From Opitutaceae bacterium (GTDB taxonomy: Bacteria > Verrucomicrobiota > Verrucomicrobiia > Opitutales > Opitutaceae), in the NCBI GenBank assembly GCA_035415285.1, contig DAOOFR010000001.1:14732-78731 (forward strand): a DNA stretch of 64,000 nt, in the 5' to 3' direction. The position numbers were made by a program, and so were the translations under genes. The notes below the pieces were generated by a model. The model was not told where the DNA came from and did not search any database. It saw only the letters and a program-made list of their open reading frames with translations. This document shows, piece after piece, positions 23,137 through 31,395 of this stretch (position 1 is its first letter; every line of letters begins with the position of its first letter).

Positions 23137-24699
23137 TCAGGATGGGCGCGCGGCTTCGACGTGCAGATCGTCGACCCACTGGCGCATGGCCTCGTTGGCC
23201 GCCGGCGCCGGCGCGTCGAGGAAGGAGACGACGAAATGGTCGGCGTACTCCGCCACGCCGAAGGCGCGCGGGCGGACGGCCAGGACCTTCGGGTCGTCGA
23301 TCTTCGGCCCGAAGCAGAAGACGACGTTACGGGCATCGACAAGTCCGGCCGCCATCTCCCCGCCCAGCCCGCGGGTGTGCGTGTAGTGGTCGAAATCGCC
23401 GATGTGGCTGGCCGTGCCGTGGGCGGCGATCCGGCGCTTCAGCTCCGCGACGAGCTCGCCGGCGTTGCTCCGCCCGGGGCGTTTGGCCACGCGCGAGCTG
23501 TGGACCGGATACTTGTCCTGGAGCCGATGCGTCTCGATCCGGCCGGAAGCCGTGCCGGTGGCCGGCAGGATTTCGCGAAACGACGGCGGCAGCGCGAACA
23601 CGCGCCGGTTGAACACGCCGCGCAGCGTGAGCGCGGCCACGAGCATCCAGCCGAGCGCGACCGCGCCTGCGAGAATCTGGCCGGCCGTCGTGAGCCATGC
23701 CCAGCCGACCGCCTGCGCGAGCAGCAGCGTCGCCAGCGCGTACGCGGCCGGCGGGAAGACGAACGCCCAGTAGCCGAGCGAGAACGGGATGCCCTTGGTC
23801 CGGGCGGCGCGCACGACGACCAGCGCGACGACGGCCAGCCACCACAGGCCGAAGCCCCAGAGCAGCAGCGCGCCCGCGAGCGCCACCGGCGCCAGCGTGC
23901 CGAGCGCGAGCAGGCCGGGCAGCGCCACGGCCTTGAGCACGGCGAGATGGCTCAACACCGCGATGATCGACACGCCCACCGGCGCGAGGCCGATGGTGAA
24001 GCTCGGCACGACGTCGGCCGCAGGGAACGGGTACGCCAGCCCGCGGAACAGCACCAGTGCGAACAGGATCGCCGCCTGCACGGCGGCGCCGCCGATCAGC
24101 ACCGTGTTGATCGCCAGCATCGCCCGGAGCCAGGCCGGATCGGCCAGCCGCAGCGCGAGGAAGTTGCCCGCGAAGGCGACGACGAACAGGCCCACCGGCG
24201 GCAGAAACCAGAAGCCGAGCAGGCGGCGCGGCTCGCCGTGGTCGAGCGTGATGATCCGCCACGGCACGAGCACGGCGGTCGCCACGGAGCCGACCAGCGC
24301 GAAGCCCCACAGAATTTTTGCCAGCGCCACCGGCCAATCCGGGGCGCCGAGCGCGGGCAGCGGGATCTTCACCAGTCCGGCCACGAGGATGGCGGCGGCG
24401 ATGAACACCGCCGCGTAGAACTGCACGAGGCTGGAGTGCGCCCACTCCTTGAGGAGCAGCCCGCGGTCGATCCACCAGCGGGCGCCGAGCAGCGCGAGCG
24501 CCACGGGGAAGCCGGCCAACGCGAGGCCGAGCAGCGCGACGGCGGCGCCGTGCAGCCCGCCGGACGGACCGCCGGCCAGGACTTGCAGGATGTTGGCGAG
24601 CGCGCCGGTGCCCATCAGTGCGATGAACCAGCGCGGCGAGAAGAAACGGAGGATGTCGCGGACGGAGAGTGGCCGGATTTCGGCGGTGGGAGTTTTCAT
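23137..24699 (-). CDS. TDT (TehA/Mae1/SSU1-like) family anion transporter with an extra cytoplasmic C-terminal domain of about 170 aa
   Basis: N-terminus RFFSPRWFIALMGTGALANIL followed by about 10 TM segments, typical of the tellurite-resistance/dicarboxylate transporter family. The soluble tail (from about ...FREILPATGTAS to the end) has no family I recognise. Confidence 0.75.
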   Translation of the reverse strand: MKTPTAEIRPLSVRDILRFFSPRWFIALMGTGALANILQVLAGGPSGGLHGAAVALLGLALAGFPVALALLGARWWIDRGLLLKEWAHSSLVQFYAAVFIAAAILVAGLVKIPLPALGAPDWPVALAKILWGFALVGSVATAVLVPWRIITLDHGEPRRLLGFWFLPPVGLFVVAFAGNFLALRLADPAWLRAMLAINTVLIGGAAVQAAILFALVLFRGLAYPFPAADVVPSFTIGLAPVGVSIIAVLSHLAVLKAVALPGLLALGTLAPVALAGALLLWGFGLWWLAVVALVVVRAARTKGIPFSLGYWAFVFPPAAYALATLLLAQAVGWAWLTTAGQILAGAVALGWMLVAALTLRGVFNRRVFALPPSFREILPATGTASGRIETHRLQDKYPVHSSRVAKRPGRSNAGELVAELKRRIAAHGTASHIGDFDHYTHTRGLGGEMAAGLVDARNVVFCFGPKIDDPKVLAVRPRAFGVAEYADHFVVSFLDAPAPAANEAMRQWVDDLHVEAARPS

Positions 24700-24712
24700 A
24701 CGAGGAGACGGG

Positions 24713-26209
24713 TCAGAATTGGCAGGTCAGTTCGAGGGAGCCGAAGCCGGCGTCGGCGTTGCCGTACACGGCCTCGATCACGCGGCTGCCCCAGGCGCGG
24801 GCGTAGAACGCCTCCAGTCGCAGCCGCTTGTTCAGTTGGTAGGCGGCGGTGAGGGCGACCTCCTGGCCGAGATCGCGCGTGCCGCCCGTGGGGCGGGCGA
24901 CGTAGCCGAACACGCCGTCGTCCTGCGTGGGGCCGGAGCCCATGTACCAGCGGTCCGCCGCCTCGGTGAGGCGGTTGGCCGCGAGATCGATGCGCAGGCT
25001 CAGGCGCGCGGTGGGCGCGAGCAGGAGCTGCACGAAGGCGCCCTGCGTGTTCTGGAAGTTGTAGTACGGGTAGAGCTGGTACTTGCGGGTGCCGGGGGCG
25101 AGCTGGAAGAAGGTGCCGTGGCGGTCGTCGCCGGGATCGCCGTCGCCGGAGGCGCGGTGCGCGCCGAAGCGCAGCCAGGGCTTGGCGGGGAGCCCGGTCC
25201 ATTGGTAGCCGGTTTCCAACGCCACCAGCGAGGCGCGGTGGCGTTGCTCGTACCAGTCGCCGGTCTGCACCGCGCCCCAGGCGAGGTAGTCCCACTGGCC
25301 GGAGCCGAGCGGGCGCAGCCCGACGAGGTGCGCGCCGAAGGTGGCGATGTCGAGGTCGGCGCGCGTGGCGGTGCGGCCGGAGTTGTCGATGCGCTGGGCG
25401 GTGTGGCGCGTGTCGCGATAGTGGTATCCGAAGAAGGCCAGCTCGCCGCCGGGGACGAGACGGTCCTTGGGCAGCGTGAGCGTGGCCGCGGCGATGCGGA
25501 CCTCTGGCATCGGGCGGTTGAAGTCGCGATCCCAGCCGCCCTCGGTGGGCATCATCCACGTGGCGGTGAGCGCCGGGCCGCGCGACGCGGCGTAGCGCAC
25601 TTGGGCGCCGTCGAAGGAGCGGCCGAAGGCGGACCAGTCGAAGGTGCTGATCAGGCGGTCGGCGAGCCGGAGCTGCTTGAGCTTGTTGAACTTCTCGCCG
25701 TCGGCCGGGGCGATGTATTCGACGCCGCTGGCGTAGGCGAAGCGTCCGAGTTGCGCCCGCCAGTCGCCGCCGGGCGGCGCCCAGCGCACGAACGCCTCGC
25801 GCAGTCCGGCGCTCTCGGGCGAGGTGGTGCCATTGTGCTGGTAATACAAGGCGCCCATGCCGGACGGTCCCTGCGGGGCGGGGTGGAAGGCGTCGTCGGG
25901 CAGGCCGGTGAACGCCACGAACTGGGGTTGGAGCACCGCCTCCCAGTCGCCGAGTCGGTAGCGGGCGGAGACGCGCAGCCGGCTGAACGCGTAAGTGGAG
26001 GACGCGTCGGCGTCGCCGAACCAGTTCCAGGTCTCGACGCGGCCCAGCAGCTCGCTCTGGACGGCGAATCCTTCGGGGGCGGCCGAGGCCACCGGCGCGG
26101 CGCAGGTCGCCGCAAGCAACGCAAGGGCGAGCAGGGGGCGCCGGTGGGGATTGAACAACTTCGAGTATTCGGAGTTAGTCGTATTAGAAAAAGAGAAAGT
26201 GTAGCACAT
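24713..26209 (-). CDS. Outer-membrane beta-barrel porin-like protein
   Basis: Signal peptide LLALALLAATCAAPVASA, alternating beta-strand pattern throughout and a C-terminal aromatic residue (...SLELTCQF). Family assignment (alginate-export-like?) is uncertain. Confidence 0.55.
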   Translation of the reverse strand: MCYTFSFSNTTNSEYSKLFNPHRRPLLALALLAATCAAPVASAAPEGFAVQSELLGRVETWNWFGDADASSTYAFSRLRVSARYRLGDWEAVLQPQFVAFTGLPDDAFHPAPQGPSGMGALYYQHNGTTSPESAGLREAFVRWAPPGGDWRAQLGRFAYASGVEYIAPADGEKFNKLKQLRLADRLISTFDWSAFGRSFDGAQVRYAASRGPALTATWMMPTEGGWDRDFNRPMPEVRIAAATLTLPKDRLVPGGELAFFGYHYRDTRHTAQRIDNSGRTATRADLDIATFGAHLVGLRPLGSGQWDYLAWGAVQTGDWYEQRHRASLVALETGYQWTGLPAKPWLRFGAHRASGDGDPGDDRHGTFFQLAPGTRKYQLYPYYNFQNTQGAFVQLLLAPTARLSLRIDLAANRLTEAADRWYMGSGPTQDDGVFGYVARPTGGTRDLGQEVALTAAYQLNKRLRLEAFYARAWGSRVIEAVYGNADAGFGSLELTCQF

Positions 26210-26216
26210 GAAGAAA

Positions 26217-26555
26217 TCACTCCTCGTCCTGCGTGGCCTCCGCTTCGACGACGCCCTGCCGCACGAGGCGGATGGCTTGGAGGAAAAGCGGGCTGGTGAT
26301 GCGGTAGAAGACCATCTTGCCCTCCTTGCGGCAACGCAGGGCGCGGCGGTCCTTCATGAGGCGGAAGTGCTGGGACAGGTTGGCCTGGGAGACGCCGAGT
26401 GTCTCGGCCAGCTCGCCGGCGCTCTTTTCGGTGTCGCCCAGCTCCAGCATGACGCGGATGCGCAGCGGATGGCCGAAGAGGGAGCAGAACTCCGCCTGCC
26501 GCTGGCAGAGCGTCTTGGAGTTGGCCATGGTCTTGAGTGCGTCCACGACCGCCAC
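26217..26555 (-). CDS. ArsR/SmtB family transcriptional regulator
   Basis: FCSLFGHPLRIRVMLELGDTEKSAGELAETLGVSQANLSQHFRLMKDRRAL is a winged-HTH ArsR signature. The track start is GTG; an alternative ATG at 26528 gives MANSK... Confidence 0.85.
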   Translation of the reverse strand: MAVVDALKTMANSKTLCQRQAEFCSLFGHPLRIRVMLELGDTEKSAGELAETLGVSQANLSQHFRLMKDRRALRCRKEGKMVFYRITSPLFLQAIRLVRQGVVEAEATQDEE

Positions 26556-26628
26556 GTTTTCACAGTTTCGGAGTTTAGCAAGGGTATTTTCCGGCGTTCC
26601 CTCCTGCTCACGGGGAGCGGCGAGGCGT

Positions 26629-27387
26629 TCAGTGCCGCAGCGAGTGGACCAGAACGATGGTTCCGATGCCGGCGCCGATTCCCGCCAGTTGGAGAACCGT
26701 CGCGGCGAGACGTGGGTGGGTGCGGTGGTCGGGCGTGAGATCGGCGAGCGCGATGTAGAGGAAACTCGCGGCGGAAACCGACAACGCGTAAGGGGCGAGA
26801 TCGTCGATACGGCTGCCGGCCCAATAGGCCACCAGTGCGCCGGGGATTGTCGTGAGGCTCGCCAGCAGGTTGTAGAGCATGGCCCGCTTCCGCGGCCAGC
26901 CGTGATGGACGAGGATCATGATATCCCCGATCTCCTGGGGGATCTCATGGGCGATCACGGCGAAAGCCGTGCCGATGCCCAGCGCCCAGGATTGCTGGAA
27001 GGCCAACGCGATGGCCATGCCGTCGATCGCGTTGTGCACGGCGTCGCCGACCAGGATGAGCGGACCGGTCTGGGCGTGCGCCCGGCAGTCGTGTTCGTGG
27101 CAATGGCGCCACACCAGCAGTTTCTCGAGCACGAAGAACCCGACGATGCCGGCGAGCACGGTGCCGAGAACGCGCGGCGCCGGAAGCTCCGCCAAGGCAT
27201 GGGGAATCATCCCGAGAAACGCGGCCCCGAGCAGGGAGCCGGTGGCATAGCTGAGCACCGCGGTCTTTAGACGGGTCGAAAACTCGCGCCTCACCCGAAA
27301 CAGGACGCCGGCGACGAGCACGGCGCCAACGCTGCCGAGCAGGGAAAAGATGAGGATAAGCGCGAGGGTCATGGGCGAGCGCGCCAC
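26629..27387 (-). CDS. ZIP family divalent-metal transporter (ZupT-like)
   Basis: HNAIDGMAIA and the signature AHEIPQEIGD. About 8 TM segments and a His-rich loop HCHEHDCRAH. Confidence 0.9.
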   Translation of the reverse strand: MARSPMTLALILIFSLLGSVGAVLVAGVLFRVRREFSTRLKTAVLSYATGSLLGAAFLGMIPHALAELPAPRVLGTVLAGIVGFFVLEKLLVWRHCHEHDCRAHAQTGPLILVGDAVHNAIDGMAIALAFQQSWALGIGTAFAVIAHEIPQEIGDIMILVHHGWPRKRAMLYNLLASLTTIPGALVAYWAGSRIDDLAPYALSVSAASFLYIALADLTPDHRTHPRLAATVLQLAGIGAGIGTIVLVHSLRH

Positions 27388-27426
27388 TAGTTGTTGCAGA
27401 CGGTAAAGGACTGCTGCGTTCGCCGG

Positions 27427-29319
27427 TCAGAATTGCGACAACAGACCGACGCGGACGCGCCGGCCGGGGGCGGTGAAGCCGATGGCCTCCGCGTAGCGCT
27501 GGTCGAGCGCGTTGTCGAGGGCGGCGGTAAGCGCGCAGTGCTTGGTCATCCTCCAGCGGGCGGAGAGGTCCGCCCGCGCCCAGCCGCCGACCAAGCGAGC
27601 CCCGGTCGGCTTCGCGGAATCCGGGAGGTCGCTGCTGGCCGTGAGCCGGGCTTCGAGCACGAAGGTGGGCACCGGTGTCCACGTGGCGGAGACTCCGCCG
27701 CGCCACTCCGGGCGGCAACGCAGGCGTTCGCGGCCGGGCGTGCTGTGTCCGTTCGTGTAGGTGAGCGTGCCGCCGACCGCGAGGGTGTCGCAGGGCCGCC
27801 AAGTCGTGGTGAGCTCGGCTCCCCGGCTGTGGATGCCGCTGCGGTTGACGAGACGCCCGAGCACCGGGTCGTAGTCGACGCCGTCGCGGATACGGGAGGC
27901 GAAGCCGGTGAGATCGACGAGCAGGCGCCCCTCGGCGAAGGCCTGCCGCAGGCCGGCATCAAGCGAGCGCGCGCGCTCGGGTTTCAGCTCCGGATCGCCG
28001 ACGAGCGGGTTGGCGAGGGCGTAGAAGCTGGCGGGCTTGAAGGACGTGCCGGCGTTGACGCGCCACTGGGTGGCGGACCCAATCAGGCCGAACAGGCCGG
28101 CGCGGTAGGTGCCGCGGGTTGCGCCGGTGTCGTAATGATCGACGCGGGCTCCACCGACCAGGGTCACGGACGGGAGGAGCTTGCCGCTGGTCTCGGCGTA
28201 GGCACCTAGCCGATCCCGGTCGGTGGCGTAGGCGGTGGGCAGGATCATCGCACCGTAGTCGATTGAGCCGTTGCTGGTCCCCTGTTCGCGCTGGGCGTCG
28301 ACACCCACGGCGGTGGCCCAGCCTGAAAGGTTGTGTTCGTACCCGAGCGAGGCGCGATAGCGGCGCAGGCGGGTGTCGTCGGTGCTGGGGGGCACGGCGT
28401 CGTAGGGGTTGTCGGCGGGCGCGAGGACGCCGGGCGAGCCGACCGTGGCCTCAAACTGGGCGGCATCGGCGCTGGCAGTCCAGCGCCCGGCACCGGCTTC
28501 GCCATCGAGGCGGACGGACCCGGCGGTCTGCCGGTTCTCGCGATGCTCGAGGTCGCGTAGCACGGCGTATTCGATCCCTCCGCTCTCGTCGGGAAACGAG
28601 TCGGCCTCATGCCGCAGGTGCCAGAGTGAAACCTGGAGATTGGTCGAGCCGAGTCGCGTGGCGAATGCGCCCCGGGCGACGCGGCGTTCGGCGCGGCTGC
28701 CGGCGGCCAAGGAACCGTCGTCGGCGCCGGCGACGCCGACGTGGAGGGAGGATGCTCCGTCGCCGAGCACACGGCTGGCCCCCAGAGCAGCCCGGCGGAA
28801 ATCGGTCCCGCCAGCATCGACCAGCATGGCGGCTTCGTTGGTCGGGGCGGATTGGCCGCCGAGGTGGAGTGCGCCGGCAAGGATGTCGGGGCCGTAGCGG
28901 ACGGAGGCGGCGCCGGAAACGACGGCGGCCGAGCGCAGCAGGGCCGGCTCAAGCGTCGCGAGATCGACGGCGCCGCCGCGGTTGTTGGTCGGATCGTTGA
29001 GCGGGATGCCATCGAGGAAGACGGCCGTGTGGTTCTCCTCGCCGCCGCGCAGGTAGAGAGTCGAACGGCCACCGGGACCACCGGGCTGGTCGACGACGAG
29101 ACCGGGGACCGAGTGGAGCAGGCCCGCGAGATCGGTGGCGGGCAGCGCCGCCGCGTCGGCGGTGACGATGCGCACGGAGGCGGCACGTTCGTCGGCGCCG
29201 GAGGGATGGGCGAGGACCGGGAACGGGTCCAGCAGCACGACCGGCGTGGCGGCGGACTGGGCCAGCGCGGAGCCGAGCGCGAGGACGGTGAGCGGGAGAA
29301 GGGGGCGTAATGAATTCAT
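27427..29319 (-). CDS. TonB-dependent outer-membrane receptor
   Basis: Signal peptide MNSLRPLLPLTVLALGSALAQS, a plug region (LLDPFPV...TLYLRGGEENHTAVFLDGIPLNDP) and a C-terminal ...VRVGLLSQF. Start moved to the in-frame ATG 29319. Confidence 0.85.
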   Translation of the reverse strand: MNSLRPLLPLTVLALGSALAQSAATPVVLLDPFPVLAHPSGADERAASVRIVTADAAALPATDLAGLLHSVPGLVVDQPGGPGGRSTLYLRGGEENHTAVFLDGIPLNDPTNNRGGAVDLATLEPALLRSAAVVSGAASVRYGPDILAGALHLGGQSAPTNEAAMLVDAGGTDFRRAALGASRVLGDGASSLHVGVAGADDGSLAAGSRAERRVARGAFATRLGSTNLQVSLWHLRHEADSFPDESGGIEYAVLRDLEHRENRQTAGSVRLDGEAGAGRWTASADAAQFEATVGSPGVLAPADNPYDAVPPSTDDTRLRRYRASLGYEHNLSGWATAVGVDAQREQGTSNGSIDYGAMILPTAYATDRDRLGAYAETSGKLLPSVTLVGGARVDHYDTGATRGTYRAGLFGLIGSATQWRVNAGTSFKPASFYALANPLVGDPELKPERARSLDAGLRQAFAEGRLLVDLTGFASRIRDGVDYDPVLGRLVNRSGIHSRGAELTTTWRPCDTLAVGGTLTYTNGHSTPGRERLRCRPEWRGGVSATWTPVPTFVLEARLTASSDLPDSAKPTGARLVGGWARADLSARWRMTKHCALTAALDNALDQRYAEAIGFTAPGRRVRVGLLSQF

Positions 29320-29419
29320 GGGACTTGGGTTGCGCCTCGCGGTGGTCGCGCCGCAGCCGTCGCCCGGGCCTCGGCCGGGGAGGAAGCGGCCGACGACCCC
29401 AGGCACGGCCCGGTGGCGT

Positions 29420-31330
29420 TCAGGGATTCGGCTTCCGGGAGGCCAGCGCGCGGGTCGAGATCTCCTCGCGTAGGCGCGTCAGGAACTCGGTCGCCGGGAG
29501 TTGCCCTTCGTCGCCCCGCGCCCGCGAACGCACGCTGATGGTCTGCGCCTCGGCCTCCTTGGCGCCGAAGACGAGCGAGTAGGGGACCTTCTCGATCTCG
29601 GCGCGACGAATCTTCGCCCCGAGTTTCTCGTTGTGCTCGTCGAGCGCGACCCGGATGCCGGCCTCGCGGAACCGGGCTAGGAGCGCACGTCCATAGTCCG
29701 CGACCTTGTCGGAGATCGGGATGAGGCGCACCTGCTCCGGGGCGAGCCAGACCGGGAAGTCGCCGGCGAAGTGCTCGATCAACACGCCGACGAAACGCTC
29801 CATCGAGCCGAACGGCGCGCGGTGGATCATCACGGGGCGGTGCGGCTGGTTGTCGGCGCCGTTGTAGGTGAGGTCGAAGCGGATCGGGAGGTTGTAGTCG
29901 ACCTGCACGGTGCCGAGTTGCCACTCGCGGCCGATCACGTCCTTCACGACGAAGTCGATCTTCGGCCCGTAGAAGGCGGCCTCGCCGGGCTCCTCGTTGA
30001 AGGGCACGCCGAGCGTCTTCGCTGCTTCGCGACACGCCGTCTCGGCCTTGTCCCAGTTCTCGGCGGTGCCGGTGTACTTGGCGGAGTTCGGGTCGCGCAG
30101 GCCCACGCGCACGCGGTAGTCGGTCAGGCCGAGGGTGGTGAACACGGTCTTCACCAGCGCAAGGCAGCCGAGCACTTCCGGGCCGACCTGGTCCTCGGTG
30201 CAGAAGAGGTGGGCGTCGTCCTGGGTGAAGCCGCGCACGCGCGTCATGCCGTTGAGCTCGCCGGACTGCTCCCAGCGGTAGACGGTGCCGAACTCGGCCA
30301 GGCGCACGGGGAGATCCCGGTAGCTGTGCGGCTGGGACGCATAGATCTTGATGTGGTGCGGGCAGTTCATCGGCCGCAGCAGGAAACCTTCGAGCAGGGT
30401 CTCGGGGTCTTTCGTGCGTTCGGCCGGGATGACCTCGCGGCCGGCGCGGCGGTTGATCTCCGCCCGGAAGCTTTCGGAGACGGCGTCGAGGCGCGCGCTC
30501 ATCTCGGCGCAGGAACAGCCCTCGTGCGCGATGTGCGCGAGCTGGTCGGGGTCGACGATGGCCGGGAACTGCGACTCCTTGTAGTAGGGAAAGTGCCCGG
30601 ACGTCTTGTAGAGCGCCAGTTTGCCGATGTGCGGGGTGAAGACCTGCGAGTAGCCCTGTTTCTGGAGCTCCTCCAGGATGAAGGTCTGCAACTCCTGCCG
30701 GATGACCGAGCCCGCGGGAGTCCAGAGGATGAGGCCTGGTCCGACGTCCTCGTCGACGACGAAGAGCTTAAGCTCCCGGCCGAGCTTACGGTGGTCGCGC
30801 TGCTTGGCCTGTTCGAGGCGTTCGAGGTGTTGCGCGAGCTCCTCCTTGGTCGGGAACGCCGTGCCGTAGATACGCTGGAGCTGCGCGTTCTTCTCGTCGC
30901 CGCGGTGGTAGGCGCCGGCGATGGAGAGCAGCTTGAACGCCTTCACCTGCTTGGTGTACCGCACGTGCGTGCCGGCGCATAGGTCGATGAACTCGCCGTT
31001 CTGGTAGAACGAGATCGCCTCGCCCTCGGGGATGTCGGCGAGGCGCCCGAGCTTGTAGCGCTCCTGTCCCATCTTCCCGATGATGTCGAAGGCCTCGGCG
31101 CGCGAGACCTCCTTCCGGAGGAACGGCTGGTTTTCGTCGATGACCTTCTTCATCTCCGCCTCGAGCGTGGCGAGGTCCTCGGCCGTGAGTTTGTGCTCGA
31201 GGTCGACGTCGTAGTAGAAGCCGCTTTCGGTCGGCGGGCCGATGTCGAGCTTGGCGTCGGGGAAGACGCGCAGCAGCGCCGTGGCCAGGATATGCGAACA
31301 CGAGTGGCGGATTTCTTCGAGCGGGGTCAT
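29420..31330 (-). CDS. thrS: Threonine--tRNA ligase (no N-terminal TGS domain)
   Basis: RHSCSHILATALL editing-domain motif, class II core (DHRKLGRELKLF, FRAEINRR..., GTVYRWEQSGEL, RGFTQDDAHLFC) and an anticodon-binding end. It begins at MTPLEEIRHS (ATG 31330). Confidence 0.95.
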   Translation of the reverse strand: MTPLEEIRHSCSHILATALLRVFPDAKLDIGPPTESGFYYDVDLEHKLTAEDLATLEAEMKKVIDENQPFLRKEVSRAEAFDIIGKMGQERYKLGRLADIPEGEAISFYQNGEFIDLCAGTHVRYTKQVKAFKLLSIAGAYHRGDEKNAQLQRIYGTAFPTKEELAQHLERLEQAKQRDHRKLGRELKLFVVDEDVGPGLILWTPAGSVIRQELQTFILEELQKQGYSQVFTPHIGKLALYKTSGHFPYYKESQFPAIVDPDQLAHIAHEGCSCAEMSARLDAVSESFRAEINRRAGREVIPAERTKDPETLLEGFLLRPMNCPHHIKIYASQPHSYRDLPVRLAEFGTVYRWEQSGELNGMTRVRGFTQDDAHLFCTEDQVGPEVLGCLALVKTVFTTLGLTDYRVRVGLRDPNSAKYTGTAENWDKAETACREAAKTLGVPFNEEPGEAAFYGPKIDFVVKDVIGREWQLGTVQVDYNLPIRFDLTYNGADNQPHRPVMIHRAPFGSMERFVGVLIEHFAGDFPVWLAPEQVRLIPISDKVADYGRALLARFREAGIRVALDEHNEKLGAKIRRAEIEKVPYSLVFGAKEAEAQTISVRSRARGDEGQLPATEFLTRLREEISTRALASRKPNP

Positions 31331-31395
31331 GGAGTTTGCGGTGATTGCAGAGCGGAAAAGGTGGGGCGCGAGGCGAGGCGCGCTCGCCGGCGGCG

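Noticed and set aside
20482-26299. Long plus-strand ORFs 20482-22101, 22993-24852 and 24449-26299, and similarly 43345-45963 and 41124-42566
   Set aside because: All are antisense to well-supported minus-strand genes (reductase, TDT transporter, porin, Na/Pi transporter, alkaline phosphatase). All translate to Gly/Ala/Arg/Asp/Glu low-complexity strings.
27361-27420. Apparent 1-nt discrepancy when hand-indexing the ZIP transporter start codon against the ORF track, which raised the question of a frameshift
   Set aside because: Both ORF-track entries spanning this line are internally consistent in length and frame, and the ZIP protein is full-length with all motifs. I attribute the offset to my manual counting. 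No pseudogene is claimed.
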